Source: Callorhinchus milii (Eukaryota). From it: DNA of 64,000 nucleotides. Under the pieces are notes generated by a model that saw only the letters and a list, made by a program, of their open reading frames with translations, was not told where the DNA came from and made no database searches. Location of the stretch: positions 65,472,001 to 65,536,000 of the forward strand of contig NW_024704745.1 of the NCBI RefSeq assembly GCF_018977255.1. The letters run 5' to 3'. This document shows, piece by piece, positions 12,360 through 24,624 of the stretch (positions are counted from its first letter, which is position 1; every line of letters starts with the position of its first letter). The position numbers and the translations under genes were made by a program.

Positions 12360-12870
12360 CCACATTAATTCATTCAGTAGAATAAAAGGGACATTAAGGT
12401 GTATAGATGTTACATTGAAGTCCTGTTCAGGTGAATATTAATATTAAGGATCCCATGGCATTATTTGAGAGAGCAGAGAATTCTCCAGGTATCCTGACCA
12501 ATATTGCTTTATCATCCAATGTAACCAAAACACATTAAATTTGCTTATAATGTGTGGAACTCACTACCCCAAAGGGCTGTTGATGCTCAGTCCTTGAACA
12601 TATTCAAGACTGAGATAGATTTCTTATTGCAAAGGGGATTAAGGGATATGGGGATAAGGCAGGGTCAGGTTGTTAGCTGGAGTTAGATTAGAAGATCAGC
12701 CATGTTTGAATGTCGGGGCAGGCTCGAACGGCCGAATGGCCTACTCCTGCTCCTACATGTTATTTTATGTTATTTACCTCACTATTTGTGGTATTTTACT
12801 GGTGCAGATTTGCTGCTGTATTTGCCTACCTAATATTCACAAAGTTTACAAGTAACTTGAGTAAAATGCT
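12360..12870 (+). mobile_element. Deu-domain SINE interrupted by a CR1 3' fragment (~12545-12762)
   Basis: Deu core ttcaggtgaat...ggatcccatggcattatttga...cctgaccaatatt, then CR1 tgtggaactcactacc...gaatggcctactcctgctcct, then the SINE resumes with ctatttgtggtattttactggtgcagatttgctgctg. Confidence 0.7.
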
Positions 12871-13243
12871 TTGAAAAGATTCAGCAAAATAGGTTCAAAA
12901 TCAAAATGCAACTATTTATTCCAAGCATTTATAATTATATCACCAGAACAAAGCTCAAGTGGTTTATACAATGGAAGCCCATTAATACATGATTGCTGTC
13001 AATCCTTCCATATTGACTGTGCATGTATACAGAAAGCTATCAAGCTTTCCAATAATGTCATTGACAGAACACGTGAAATGACGAGTGTGATGAAATTTAC
13101 TTGTGCTGCACAACTAAATCACTTCATGCACTCAACTTTGGATAATGAGACAAAATTCTTTTGTGAGAGGAGGGAGTGCAAACAATTGGCAAGGAGAATA
13201 CTCATTCATATTTCAAAGTAAGTTCTGCACATTCCACTACCCG

Positions 13244-13263
13244 CCCCCCCCCCCCCCCCCCCC
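13244..13263. repeat. poly-C homopolymer
   Basis: About 20 consecutive C. Confidence 0.95.
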
Positions 13264-13999
13264 GATAAATTGGTCTTTCATTTTCTGGCTGTTTTTTGTT
13301 CTCTGCAAAAATTGGTTGCTTCATTCATCTATCTATAAATACGCATTCATTGCAATTTATAATAACTATAAAGCGCTTTGAGACATTTGAACAATATTAA
13401 TAATAATCCTTGCTTTTGATATAGTGCATAATCATGTCTTTGAAATGTCTCAAAGCATTTAAGCGCAAAACATTATGGGTACTATATCAAACGCACAGAT
13501 TATTATTATAAGTGACTCGATTTGTCACCTAGTTTCAGAAATACCGCAGACATTCTGCAGAGTTCAGAAGACCAGTAACTACATTATGTGCTACACATTT
13601 GCACCCTTTACATTTAAGTTTGAATATTCGTGGATTATTTTTAATGAAATTGAGGTGACATTTTCCACAAATACCATTGTGGGACACTGTTAACGAGCAA
13701 TGCCGTGTGATATTCTTTTAAGGAACTTTTTATAATGTATGGTCCATAAAGCCACATAGTTGCTATATTTAGATGGTATACAATAATAAACTTGCTTCAG
13801 ACTTTCCATCTAAAATGGATTATTCATGTAACCGCTTGCCAGCGAGAAAATATGTTCCAGGAGAAAAGTAATGAACTCTGAAGTAATCCCTTGCCAAATG
13901 TTTTAAATTTCACAATCTTGTTTAGTGCTAACACCAGCGTAAACATTATTTTAAAAATGTATGAACTGGGAATTCTTTAATAAATAAAATAAATAAATA

Positions 14000-14922
14000 A
14001 TAATATGGTCACTCAATCCACAATGTTTGTGGGACACTGCTGTGTGCAATTTGCTGCCACATTTCTCCCACAAAATATACAGTCACATCACTTTACAGTA
14101 TATTCTGTGAAATGTTTTGGCTCGCACCAGCGCCTCCGCACCTCAGGCACTGGTAGCATCCGCTTGCATGGATGCACACTCAACCTCACCAAGCCCGTCA
14201 GGAACTTGGGCATCTTGTTCGACCCTTGACTGTCCTTCCTACCCCATATCCATGCCATAACCCACTCTGCCTTCCCCCACCTCCGCAACGACTCCGCCAC
14301 TACCTCAGGCCTCCGAAACCCTCATACTCACATTCATCACCTCAAGCCTCGACTGATTACGGAAACTCCCTCCTTATCGGCCTCCCCAACTCTTCCCTCC
14401 ACAAGCTGCAGATCATCCAGAACTCGTGTCATCTCCCGCACCAGGCTCCAGGACCCCATCACCCCCACCCTAACCTGGATTCTCATCCTTATTGAGTGAT
14501 TATTCAGAATCCTCATCCTTACTTTCAAGCCCTACACGGCCTTGCCCCCTGCTACCTTTCTGACCCGCTGATCCCCTATCAACCTGTCCGCACCCTCCGT
14601 TCAGCAGTCTCCGGCCTGGTCCATGTCTCCCACCCAACCCGCCCTGCCATCAGCGGCCAGACTTCCAGCCTCTCTGCCCCCACCCTTTGGAACTCCATCT
14701 CGCAATCGCTTTCCCTTGCTAACTCTCTTACCTCGTTCAAGGCATGGCTCAAGACCCTCCTTTTTGACTGTGCCTTCAGCCGCCCTCTTACCCCCTCTGC
14801 CCTCCCTCAACCCAACCCCGCCACTCCATGTTCGGGTCTTGATCCCTGACTGTTAAGCGCCTTGGGATGTCCTCCCGACGTGAAAGGCGCTTTACAAATG
14901 TAAATTTGTTATTTTGTTGTTT
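14000..14922 (+). mobile_element. SINE 3' fragment (14000-14120) joined to an L2 3' fragment (14120-14922)
   Basis: [10 protein letters not shown] and DYGNSLLIGLP..LHKLQIIQNS motifs, SLSAPTLWNSI, L2 tail cctcccgacgtgaaaggcgc...ttgttg. Confidence 0.9.
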
Positions 14923-15432
14923 TGAGATGTTTCAAATATGTTTAGGCACTATATCAAATGAGAGTATTGTGATATTATTATTTAGGACCAAAAGGCAAGT
15001 TCATCTGAGACTTTATAGCTGATATAGATTCTATAATATAAAGCATTGAGGGAAATTGTCATAGCCTGGAGATTAGTCATGATCCAGCAGAAAGTTGTCA
15101 AATCTGATAACTGAACATGCTCAAAGTTGGAGTATGCTGCAATGTTACAAATTCCTAATGTTGGTACAGAATTTTTAATAAAACATTTATGTTATGTGAA
15201 ACAATTGTTGCAAACATACAGCCCACATTATCCTAATCTGAGTTGTTCTTTTCCTATTGGAATGTCTGAAAAAGAATTCCAAAATATTCTTTTTCTAATC
15301 TAATTTCTTGACTTTTAGCAAGATGAGCGATGCCTTTCAGCTATGGCGAATAGAAAACTTTCTATTTCTGACTAGGTCAGATGTATCATAGACAATGTGA
15401 GGAGTAAAATTCTGCAACACGCTCAGTAATAA

Positions 15433-15560
15433 TACAGTGGAGATTCGTTATACTGCACTTGTTGGTATCCATACTATCCAAACCCCGTATTATAGCAAGG
15501 CGTGATGGCTGGTTAAACTGGCCACAGTAAGCGAGGTGGCCAGTTCCCCCACTAAAAATC
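15433..15560. mobile_element. Tigger/pogo-like DNA transposon terminal fragment
   Basis: TA + cagtggagattcgttatactg resembles pogo/Tigger TIRs; internal hairpin aactggccac-agtaagcgag-gtggccagtt; partner TIR not found. Confidence 0.45.
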
Positions 15561-16079
15561 AAAATGGCCAACTTCCTGTTCGTCTGGTTACATTTTTTTT
15601 AAGAAAAGCTTTGGCATTGAATTATAATATCCTGTGTAAGTATTGTATTAAAATAAATGAATTGTGGTTTGAACACAAATGGATGACAGGGAAGTGCAAT
15701 TGAAAATCTTAAAGACTTATTTATGGAAAGCAGCGAAAGATTAGCTTGCCATAGAATACTAGTGTCCCTTTTAGAAATCTTTTCTAAATTATATTTTCTT
15801 CATAAGTCTTTACTCCCTTGTAGATCTAATTAGACCTGCTGAGAAATAGCAGGCCTCGGAAGCTAGGGTTCCCCAGAGCCTGCAAGGTTGCTTGATAGGC
15901 TTCAACTTCTTGCTGTCATTGCAGCTAGTTTGGAGTTTGGGATTCCTTTGGCAGTTATTTACTTCCATAGAATTTCGATTCTGCCATTTAAAGCTCCAGC
16001 GTAACTCAGGAGCTAAGTTTGAAATGTCAAGTTATTTTTTAATGTATGAACAGCATCTGTTCTGTTCCCCCAGGGGGTC

Positions 16080-16265
16080 CAGCTGAGCCACAGGTTCCAG
16101 GTTCAGCCCCTGGTCTCCGTTGAGTTAGCTGATCTCAGTTTAACTCTAATGCCCTTGGGTTGGGGAGGAAGAAAAGAGCAAAGATTCCCACCCTTCATTT
16201 GCTGTGCAGCAGCCGCTGCTGAACAGTACATGTTTGTGGAAATCAGTTTGGGTTCAGCTTTGATG
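16080..16265 (+). mobile_element. AmnSINE2-like fragment
   Basis: ctgagccacaggttccaggttcagcccctggtctccgttgagttagctgatctcag...gcccttgggttggggagg. Confidence 0.65.
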
Positions 16266-16394
16266 TGTCCCTCAAAGGTAAAAAAGGTGACTATCACCTG
16301 TGGAGATTTTTTCCCAATAGAAGAAAAAAAATTAATCAAAAACTCCTTTGGGGGAAGAGGAGTAAATGTATATAGAAAGAATTGAATGTAGTAC

Positions 16395-16635
16395 CCTTCC
16401 TGCAGCAGCCAATTTGTGCATAGCAGTGCCGCACAGAAAGCTGTGCAGTGAGTGACCAATCTCTTGGCCATTACACTGGGAGAAACTCCCATTTCTTTTT
16501 GAATAGTTACATGGAATCTTAACATCCACCAGAACAGGCAGATAAAACCTCAGTTTAATGTCTCATCCAAAGGATGGCACCTTCAGCATCTTCAACAATG
16601 CAGTGCTCCCCTAGCATTGTATTGGAGTGTCGTTC
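16395..16635 (-). mobile_element. Deu-domain SINE fragment
   Basis: gcagccaatttgtgcatagc...ggccattacactgggagaaactcc...tttaatgtctcatccaaaggatggcacc. Confidence 0.8.
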
Positions 16636-16969
16636 TAGACGTAGTAAATCTGTAATATTGTGAAAAGGGGATGGTTTATTTAAAAATTTAACTTTGAAGT
16701 TGCTGACGAGGGTGAGCCATCGTATAGAGTGTTCCATCACTCCAAGCAGGAGACAAAGGTTGCAGTCTGGATTGGCACTTGTTTAAGAAGCTGCATTTTG
16801 GAGAATGGCGAGGGGAACCTCGCTCAAAAGTGCCTAAATGGAGAGCAGGGAGCCACATTTGTCAATTTGTTCACTGGTTGAAGAAAGAAAGGATTCAACA
16901 GTTTAGATGGAGGAGAAAGCAATGGTACCTAATTGTTCTTGTGCATCCAATCTCAGTATTTTGGAGATT

Positions 16970-17275
16970 GGAGTCGTGTAGCTCAGTGGTTAGAGCACCA
17001 GCCTCGCAAGCGAGAGACCTGGGTTTGATTCCTGGCAAGACAAAATATTGTGCAAGTTTCCTTATTCCACACGGCTCTGTTTACCAGGCAGTAAGTAGGA
17101 ACCCGGTTGTTAGTTGACTGGCGGTTAGCTTTTCCATGGGTAATAATTCCTTAAAAAAATAATAATAATAAATTTGTCACTTGAATCCATAAATAGTATA
17201 TTCTGTGACGTACTTTGAGATGTCTCAAATACATGATAAGATGCTATATCAAATGCAAGGATTATTATTATTATT
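16970..17275 (+). mobile_element. tRNA-derived SINE (long subfamily), internally deleted
   Basis: ggagtcgtgtagctcagtggttagagcac...ctctgtttaccaggcagtaagtaggaacc...(att)n tail. Confidence 0.88.
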
Positions 17276-17564
17276 TTCATTTTCACAAATTAAAAATTGC
17301 ACCTATTGCATCTACACTGACTGGAGCAATCGTAACCTCCAGGTAATGACATAGCATAATGCTAAAAATGGTGTGTAAAAGTTTAACTGTGGATTCCTGT
17401 GGTTCTAATTAATTAGAATTCATGTTGTATTTACATATATTTAAATAAACTCAATTAAAATTTGAATGTCTTGCATCCGATTTTAATCCTTATGAGACTA
17501 TCTCTACCAAATAGAAAATGAGTAAACATTATAGTGCAAAAGCTGGGTACAAGTTTGAGGCTGA

Positions 17565-17735
17565 TAATAATAATCTTGCATTTAGCTCTTTATCATGTTG
17601 TTTAGACGTCTCAAAGTGCTTCACAGGATATACTGTAAAGTGTAATGATTGTGTATTTTGAGGGTGAAACGTGGCAGCCAATTGCGCACAACAGTGTCCT
17701 ACAAACAGTCATGGATTGATGACAATTATTATTAT
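17565..17735 (-). mobile_element. SINE 3' fragment
   Basis: (aat)n cttgcattt...ggcagccaattgcgcacaacagtgtc. Confidence 0.8.
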
Positions 17736-18651
17736 TATTTGTAATATTTAAATTATTCCAGCGATGATTTAGTGGCCAATTTTAGCAACTACAATATCAT
17801 GGTAACTATTAGATAGTGTGCTGGGTTTGCATTTGTTGTTCTGACATTGGTAGCTGTATAATTACTCTAACCCTGCTGCATTCCGAAAATGTATTGGAAG
17901 GTTTCATTCAGGTGTTAAATATCAATGGAGTGAATGCTTACTTCATGTCGGAAATTGAGATTTTAAAGAATAAGCCTTTGTTCCTCATGCAGTGGTTTCC
18001 AGATCGTGTCCTTACCAATAGCAGGGTGAGATACAATCTTCCACACGGAGAATCAAAGGACAAGGTCTTGTTGGATGTAATATCAATTCTAGAAATATAA
18101 GCAAGGTGCACAAACATATTCCTGGCAGTTAAATGCCTAGCTGTCCTCTCTGCCTCAATTCTCTCAGTTCTCTCAAAGGGAATGGTATTCAGTGCAAAGA
18201 AATTTGAAGAAAGAAGTATTAAAATTGGGACTAACTGGGAGAAAAGTGCATTTTTACCACCAACCACAAACTTAATAAATAACAACACTGTGTACGTGTT
18301 GATTGTCCACGACTATTTTGAAAAAATCCTTGCCACAACAGATCAATTTATGTTGAACTTTTTTTTAAACCAGGGACACATTTTTGGATCAGAACCTACC
18401 TGATAAAAACAGTTTAAATTTATTTGTTTTTATTCTTGACAAATCTTTATATAACATTCGCCAGAATTCTTAAACAAGAGTTATAACGCCTTTGGAGCAG
18501 ATAACTTACTCTTTCAGCTACTGATGTCACACTACATTACTTATGGTACCATGGTGCCTGTGAGCCTGACAGTGAAAAATCAGCTTGGGTGACAGCAATG
18601 TCAAAGCACTTGATTTAAAATGCTTGTTACAAGTGCAGGGGTAGAGGGAAT

Positions 18652-18770
18652 ATAATAACAATATTCCTTGCATTTGATATAGTGTCTTATGTCGTTGAGA
18701 CGTCTCAAAACGCTTTACAGAATATACTGAATACAAAGTGAATTGACTGTGTATTTTGTGGGCGAATATA
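18652..18770 (-). mobile_element. SINE 3' tail fragment
   Basis: ccttgcatttgatatag...gtgaattgactgtgtattttgtgggcgaa. Confidence 0.75.
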
Positions 18771-20504
18771 TTTTGCAAGCAGATTTGATTTGAATCATTC
18801 CTAAAACACAGGTAATTGGTGAAAATTTTGCAAGAAGCACTTTAAATGGTTATATTTGGGAAACTCTGGAAATGATTTGAAGTTGTGANTTTTTTTTACA
18901 TTTTGCTAAGCCAATTAGGCAAAGTTTAAAAAGCACATTTGAGAATAAAGTCTGATTCTTTTAGTTAGACACCAGTTGTGTTACTAATCCCATTGTATAT
19001 GCTACACGACATTCTGTGGTGTATATTAACATAATAACTTACACAAGTCATTGGGGAGAAAAATGCCTCAAGGCCACCTTTTCCTTCTCTGAAAATTACC
19101 ACGCAATAGCAAATTATGCTCTGAAGATAAATGTTTTGGTTCCTGGTTTGGCAGTTAAAGAGGCAAAGTAACATCACTTCTACCTGTAACTTTTTTTATT
19201 CCAACTCCTGTATCAAAGACACACTGTAGAATCCACCATCTCTGTGCTCTCTGAATTTCTATGGTCTCTGTTAAATTACAATCCAGTGAAAGACCATCAA
19301 TTGATTCTGCCCGCGTAATTACAACCTCAGAATTAGAACCGAACTGTGACTTCTCTGTGAGAAAGTACTCAATTCTGTAGTGTTAATATTGTCTGCAAAG
19401 GTGCCGAGCTGAGCAAGACATTCGGTGGAACTTGTCCACTCTCAGAGATAGTTTCCAAATGTCCTAAGTTCATCAGTATTAAAAAAAATGCATTAATTCT
19501 ATTCCCTGTTTTCAATGCCTGTTATTCTCTAGGACAAATCTGAATGCAGGTATGTAGGTTTCTTGTATTTAAAAAAAAAGCCACTCCAGTTTGAGATAAA
19601 TTCAGTTCACATTTTGATCGCTGAACGTTCTCTGTTCCCATTGTAACAAAGGACAGTTAAAAAAAAACATTGGGCACCAAGCCTGTAAAAGTTTCATCTG
19701 CAGAAATGTAATTCTGTAGCACTACCTTTAAGTACTGCTATGATCTCTTCAATGGCGACTTGTAGTATCTGTCTTTAAACCGACTGTTATCTGAATTTGA
19801 CCCTTTGTTTGGATTGAGCATTGAGGCTTTGTCATTCTGTGACTTGAAATGCCTCATGTAAAACCAAATGTAATACAAAGTAAGCATATACAGGCAAGCA
19901 ACTGGTTCCCTCTTGTGTTAACTCTAATGCCTTAACTGGCCATTTTTATAACTTAGAAAATCAGTGTTATGAATCATTTTATTTGATGGCCTGAAAGGTA
20001 TTCAGTCTGCAAGGCATTCATTACACAGAATTCTCATCCAGAACTGAGTGCATTAATGGCGCACCCAGAGCAGTTCATCTAGTGCTGTGCATCACAGTGG
20101 TGATGAGATTTTATGAACACTCAATTATGTGCTGGAGAAAGTGATTAAACTGATCTGTGACTGAATTAAGCGTGTATGGATCACAGAGTGACAGTTCTCA
20201 TATTCGTGGAGCAATAATTGTTGCAAATCTGAAACCTAGTAAACTAGTAGATTGCTCTTAATCCTATATGTCAAACACTGTAGATACCCTTCTTTGCTTT
20301 TAAATTATTTTCTTACCAAAAAAATCTTTGTTGCAAACCTGTCAGGGAACACACTAGAGAACCAATATCAGTGTTATATGCTGCTTTTTATAAATAAATA
20401 CTGAACATATTCTGAGACTTTGTTTGTAAAGAATTACTTGCAAAAAAGTGCAGGACGGTTCACCTAGATTACTGTGCTGGTCTGCAATTTAACGAAGAAA
20501 CGCA

Positions 20505-21300
20505 TCTATTCCAGACTTCTGCAGCTCATGTCCTTTCCTGCACCGGGCTCCGTGAGCCTATCACCACCATCTCTGTTTGGTTTCTTCTCATCTCCCAGTG
20601 GATCTAATCGAAGATCCTTGTTCTCACCTTCAAATCTCTCCATGGTCTCACCCTAACTAATTCCTTGACTTCCTTCAAACCTCCCTTCATGGGCACTACT
20701 TTCGTTCAGCAGCCTGCTTTATAATAATAATAATAATAATCCTTGCATTTGATATAGCGCTTTTCACGTCGGGAGGACGTCCCAAAGCGCTTCACAGAAC
20801 ACACTGTAAAGTGAATTGACTATATATTTGTGGGCGAACGCGGCAGCCAATTGCACACAGCAATGTCCCACAAACAGTCGTAGATTGAAAATGACCAATT
20901 TATTATTGTTTTTGGTTTTGGAGGGATTATTATTAGGCTCTGTGTGGAGTAAGGAAACTTGCCCAAGGTTTCGCCCTCTGCCTGGAATTGAACTCAGGTC
21001 TCTCGCTTGCAAAGCGAGTGCTCTAACCACTGAGCTACAGGACTTATGTCTCTGCCCCACTATTGGCAGGTGGGTCTTACCCCTTCTGCCCCTACTCTCT
21101 GGAGCTCCATCCTGTCCCTCTATCCCTCTTATCACCTCATTCATGGTTTGGCTCGAGACGTTGCTCTTTGATCATGCTTTTTATCATCTTTCCTTCCCTA
21201 CCCTGTTCGGCATCTCTCCCCCCCCCTGCCCCCACAGTTTAGGTGCCCAGCCAGCAGTGTTAAATGCTTTGAGATATCTTCTTGCTATATAAATGTAAAT
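20505..21300 (+). mobile_element. Older L2 3' fragment split by a SINE insertion
   Basis: L2 wording (aagatccttgttctcaccttcaa; cagcagcctgct | atgtctctgccccactattggcagg) continues across the SINE at 20721-21044. Confidence 0.75.
20721..21044 (-). mobile_element. tRNA-Ala-derived SINE (short subfamily), near full length
   Basis: A box tagctcagtggttagagc, anticodon arm ctcgc-ttTGCaa-gcgag, B-box-like gagttcaattcc, L2-type tail with (att)n; near-identical to 26653-26976 and 62221-62537. Confidence 0.95.
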
Positions 21301-23009
21301 TGTACATTTTCTATTTCCTTTGTTCCCTACTCTTCTCTGTCCGTTTTCTAACCTTGATTCAAAACTGTCAATTAAATATCTAAAAATATCTTCTTCAGAA
21401 GACGTAAATGGGGCTGAAGTGCCTTCATTGAGACATATCTGTTTAAACTACAATAGTCCAAGGCAGACTGGAAACAGGGGATATGTATTCAACCCAGCAA
21501 GGCAAAGCCATAATAGCTAAGTAAGCTAGCTGCGTATTGGTAAGCCGCAACATGGCTGGACAGGTTTGTTCTGTTCGGTTACAAATTTATTCTTAAATTT
21601 CTGTCTGATCCATTTAATCAGAGCCTGGGATCCGAGAAGAATATCTTTAATCAAATTGAAAAATGTATCATGGGCCCGGCTTTTTTTGAGAATTTAAACA
21701 CATATTTCAGAAACTATTAGAATTCAAATTTCTTCCAATTTACTTCTGTTGTATACAATATAAAGCATTGGGAACTGAATAACATTTTACCCATGGCTGA
21801 TGGAGAAGAAAATGTTCATATTTTTAAAGTTGGGAAATAAATTGTGCTGGGAATTATTAGGGTTTGAAATACTAGCATTATCAATGTATTACAAATATTG
21901 TTGATGATTGGCAATTTGTGAAGCTCATCAATAGGACTTGCAGTGATTTGTATGTCACTTGGGAGTGGGGTGAGATTGTTCTCCTAATAACCCTGCAAAA
22001 CAATGAATTAAGTTTCTGAAATGGCCAAGTTGTTCTGAGCTGGGCAGGGGGCGGAATCCTACCAGTTTTGATTTGTAATTGTGTACATAACTGCCTCAAT
22101 TCCCCGATGCACACCTGATGTATTAGCTTCAAGCAACCCACATGTATATGCATCTATCACAAGTAGGTAAATTTGGGGTGTGGGGTGGGGGTAAAGGAGG
22201 GAGATTGTGTCATCTCTCACATTACATTCTGGAAATGACAAACAGAAACTCTGCTTCTGTAAGTTCTCAGCAGACAAAATTGTAGATTTATGCATGGCAA
22301 AGGGTTTCGACACGTGTCAGATTCTCGGCTGACAAAAGCGCGTGACAACATGACTATGTTTCTGACGTGGAAAATAGCCTTACATCACATCAACCAGATA
22401 GTTTCAGATTCAGATTCTAGCCACTGAGTTTCCATTTACACAGATAGAGGATCGAAAACCAAACTGCCTACAGGTGTGTAGGCTGTTGATCCTGCTCCAT
22501 ATCCGGATGTCCAAAAAGGCTCTTCAATGTCGCATCTAACTTTCATCTCAATTCATCATTCTGCAGATTTTCTATTCTCATCCACACACAGGCTTTTGAG
22601 CGTCATATGTCCTCTTTGGATGAACGCAAGTTTCTTTATTTTTAAGCAGTAATAACAAGGCTTCAGATTTGCTGTTCATCTCCCACAGGGATATTTAAGT
22701 CAGCTATGCCACTTTTGAAAGGCGAATCTTAAAATTCATCTCCTTTATGTATTCCCTGACTATGTGTTATTCTTTCAGCTTTATAGCCACTCTGCCAGTG
22801 TAACCACTTCCTAATTTATAGTTTTATTGAAAGAGATATGTTGAGAGAAACACAGGGATATGTGTATATCTCTCCAAACATTGTAACCATGGTCAACTCA
22901 TATTGCAAAAGACAGTCACTTCTGAATAGTTGAAAGGCAGGGAGGGCACCGTCCACAGTGCGAGATATTTTTAAAGTGGTGAGCCTAATTCTGCAGTTGG
23001 GTAAAGAGG

Positions 23010-23500
23010 TAACAACAACAAAATTACATTTATAGAGTGCCTTTCACATCGGGAGGACATCCCAAAGCCATGAACAGTCGGGTCGGGACCCGAGCATGGG
23101 GGCGGGGGGGTGTAGGGGTGAGGGAAGGCAAAGAGGTGAGAGGACGACCTAAAGCACGATTGAAGAGAAGGGTCTTGAGACCAGCCTTGAAGGAGGCAAG
23201 GGAGGAAGCGAGGCGAAGGGACCATAGGATGGAGTTCCAGAGTGTGGGGGCAGAGAGGCTGAAAGCCCGGCCACCGATGGTAGGGCAGATCGGGCAGGAG
23301 ACATGTAGCAGACCGGAGCCCGCTGAAAGGAGGGAGCGGGCAAATTGGTAGGGAGTCAGAGAGATAGGAGGGGGCAAGGTCATGGATGGCCTTGAAAGTG
23401 AGGACGAGGATCTTGAATTTGATCCTCTGAGGGATGGGGAGCCAGTGGAGAGGGGCGAGAGTGGGAGTGATGGTGTCACGGAGCCTGGTGAGCGAGAGTA
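23010..23500 (-). mobile_element. L2 3' end (young subfamily)
   Basis: ORF 23030..23479(-): GGRAFSLSAPTLWNSI..SLRLASSLASFKAGLKTLLF; (gtt)n tail. Confidence 0.92.
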
Positions 23501-23597
23501 CAGGTAAAGATTCAGTTCCTATGCCTTTGTGTGAAAAAAGACGGGAATTATGATGGCAAGCAATACGTCTTAAAGACTTTTTGTTTTGGTATTTTAG

Positions 23598-23743
23598 GAG
23601 CGTGAAGAGGAACCCATCGCTTATTTGGATCAGAGTGAAGGCGAGGAAGAATTTGACCCTAGAGATCTTCCTGATCCTGATAAATACCGAGCTTCAGAGG
23701 AAACCGATGACAACAACATTTCTGATGCTGAAGAAAATGGCAG
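23598..23743 (+). CDS. ddx10: DEAD-box RNA helicase DDX10, penultimate coding exon (146 nt, phase 0 to 2)
   Basis: Acceptor ttttgttttggtattttag, donor cag|gttagt; translates EREEEPIAYLDQSEGEEEFDPRDLPDPDKYRASEETDDNNISDAEENG, matching the DDX10 motif ..AFLDWSD..FDPSTLPDPDKY as I recall it; phase is compatible with the exon at 38391. Confidence 0.92.
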
Positions 23744-23889
23744 GTTAGTTTACCAAGAATTGTTTTTGACCCTTATCTTTTCATTTCACACCAGGAATCG
23801 ATCAACCCTCATGGTAAGCAACTCGACTACCTTGAAAACATTTCTAACATGCTGATAATGGGTTAGATCACCAGCATTTTGAAACTGAG

Positions 23890-24624
23890 AAGACACCACA
23901 GCCCATTTAATTGGGCTCTCCCTTAGACTCACTGAACCTGTGCGCAAGTTAGGCATCCGGTTCGATCCCCAGCTTTCCTTTCTACCCCAGATCTCTGACC
24001 AGAACCGCTTTTTTCCATCACATTGCCATCTCTGTCCCTACCTCACAACCAACTGCAAGAGGTATGTTCAGGGCAAAACCTTAGGCAAGTTGCCTTATTC
24101 CACATGCCTCTGTTTACCTAGAAGTAAGTGAGGACCCTGTAGTTATCCGATTGGCGGATCGCTTTTCCGTGGATAATAATCCCTCCAAAAACAATTAATT
24201 AATTAAAAAATAAAACATTTTTGGTCACTCAATCCACGACTATTTGTAGGACACTGCTGTGAGCCCTTGATACCCTCACATCTCCCTACCTATCCGACCT
24301 GCTTAACCCCCACTCCACCACCCGCTGCCTCCACTCGGCTGGCTCCAGCCTCCTGTTTGTCCCTCATCCCCTCCACTCCATCAGTGGCTGTGCTTTCAGC
24401 CACTATGCCGTGAATCTCTGGAACTCTCACTCAATCCGTCCGCCTTGCCCCCTCCCTCCCTCCCTCCCTACTTTATATACCGCTTAAAGACCTTCCTTTT
24501 CGAGCGTGCTTATGGTCACGTCACCTCCTCCCTCCCTCTCCCCCTGGCTCGACGTCAGACAATGTCAAATGCTCCGTAGCGCTACCTCGTGTGAAGGGCG
24601 CTTTATAAATGTACGTTGTTGTTA
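23890..24624 (+). mobile_element. Decayed L2 fragments with a nested long-SINE fragment (~24065-24262)
   Basis: VRKLGIRFDPQLSFLPQI motif; ctctggaactct...aagaccttccttttcgagcgtgc...gtgaagggcgctttataaatgtacgttgttg. Confidence 0.8.

Noticed and set aside
17816-18403. Cluster of overlapping ORFs in unique sequence (possible retrogene)
   Set aside because: No recognisable protein, poly-A tail or TSD.
18889-18889. Single N next to a T homopolymer
   Set aside because: Assembly ambiguity, not biology.
22310-22635. CpG-containing unique stretch; a minus frame reads IENLQNDELR*KLDATLKSLF, faintly Crypton-like
   Set aside because: Similarity is too weak and stop-interrupted to support without a search.
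1-23597. Search for upstream DDX10 exons (EKRLKEREARR-like)
   Set aside because: I found no matching exon with proper splice sites; it probably lies 5' of the window, though a short exon could be missed by eye.
23744-23855. Read-through of ORF 23625..23855 past the exon
   Set aside because: DDX10 similarity stops at the cag|gttagt donor; the remainder is intron.
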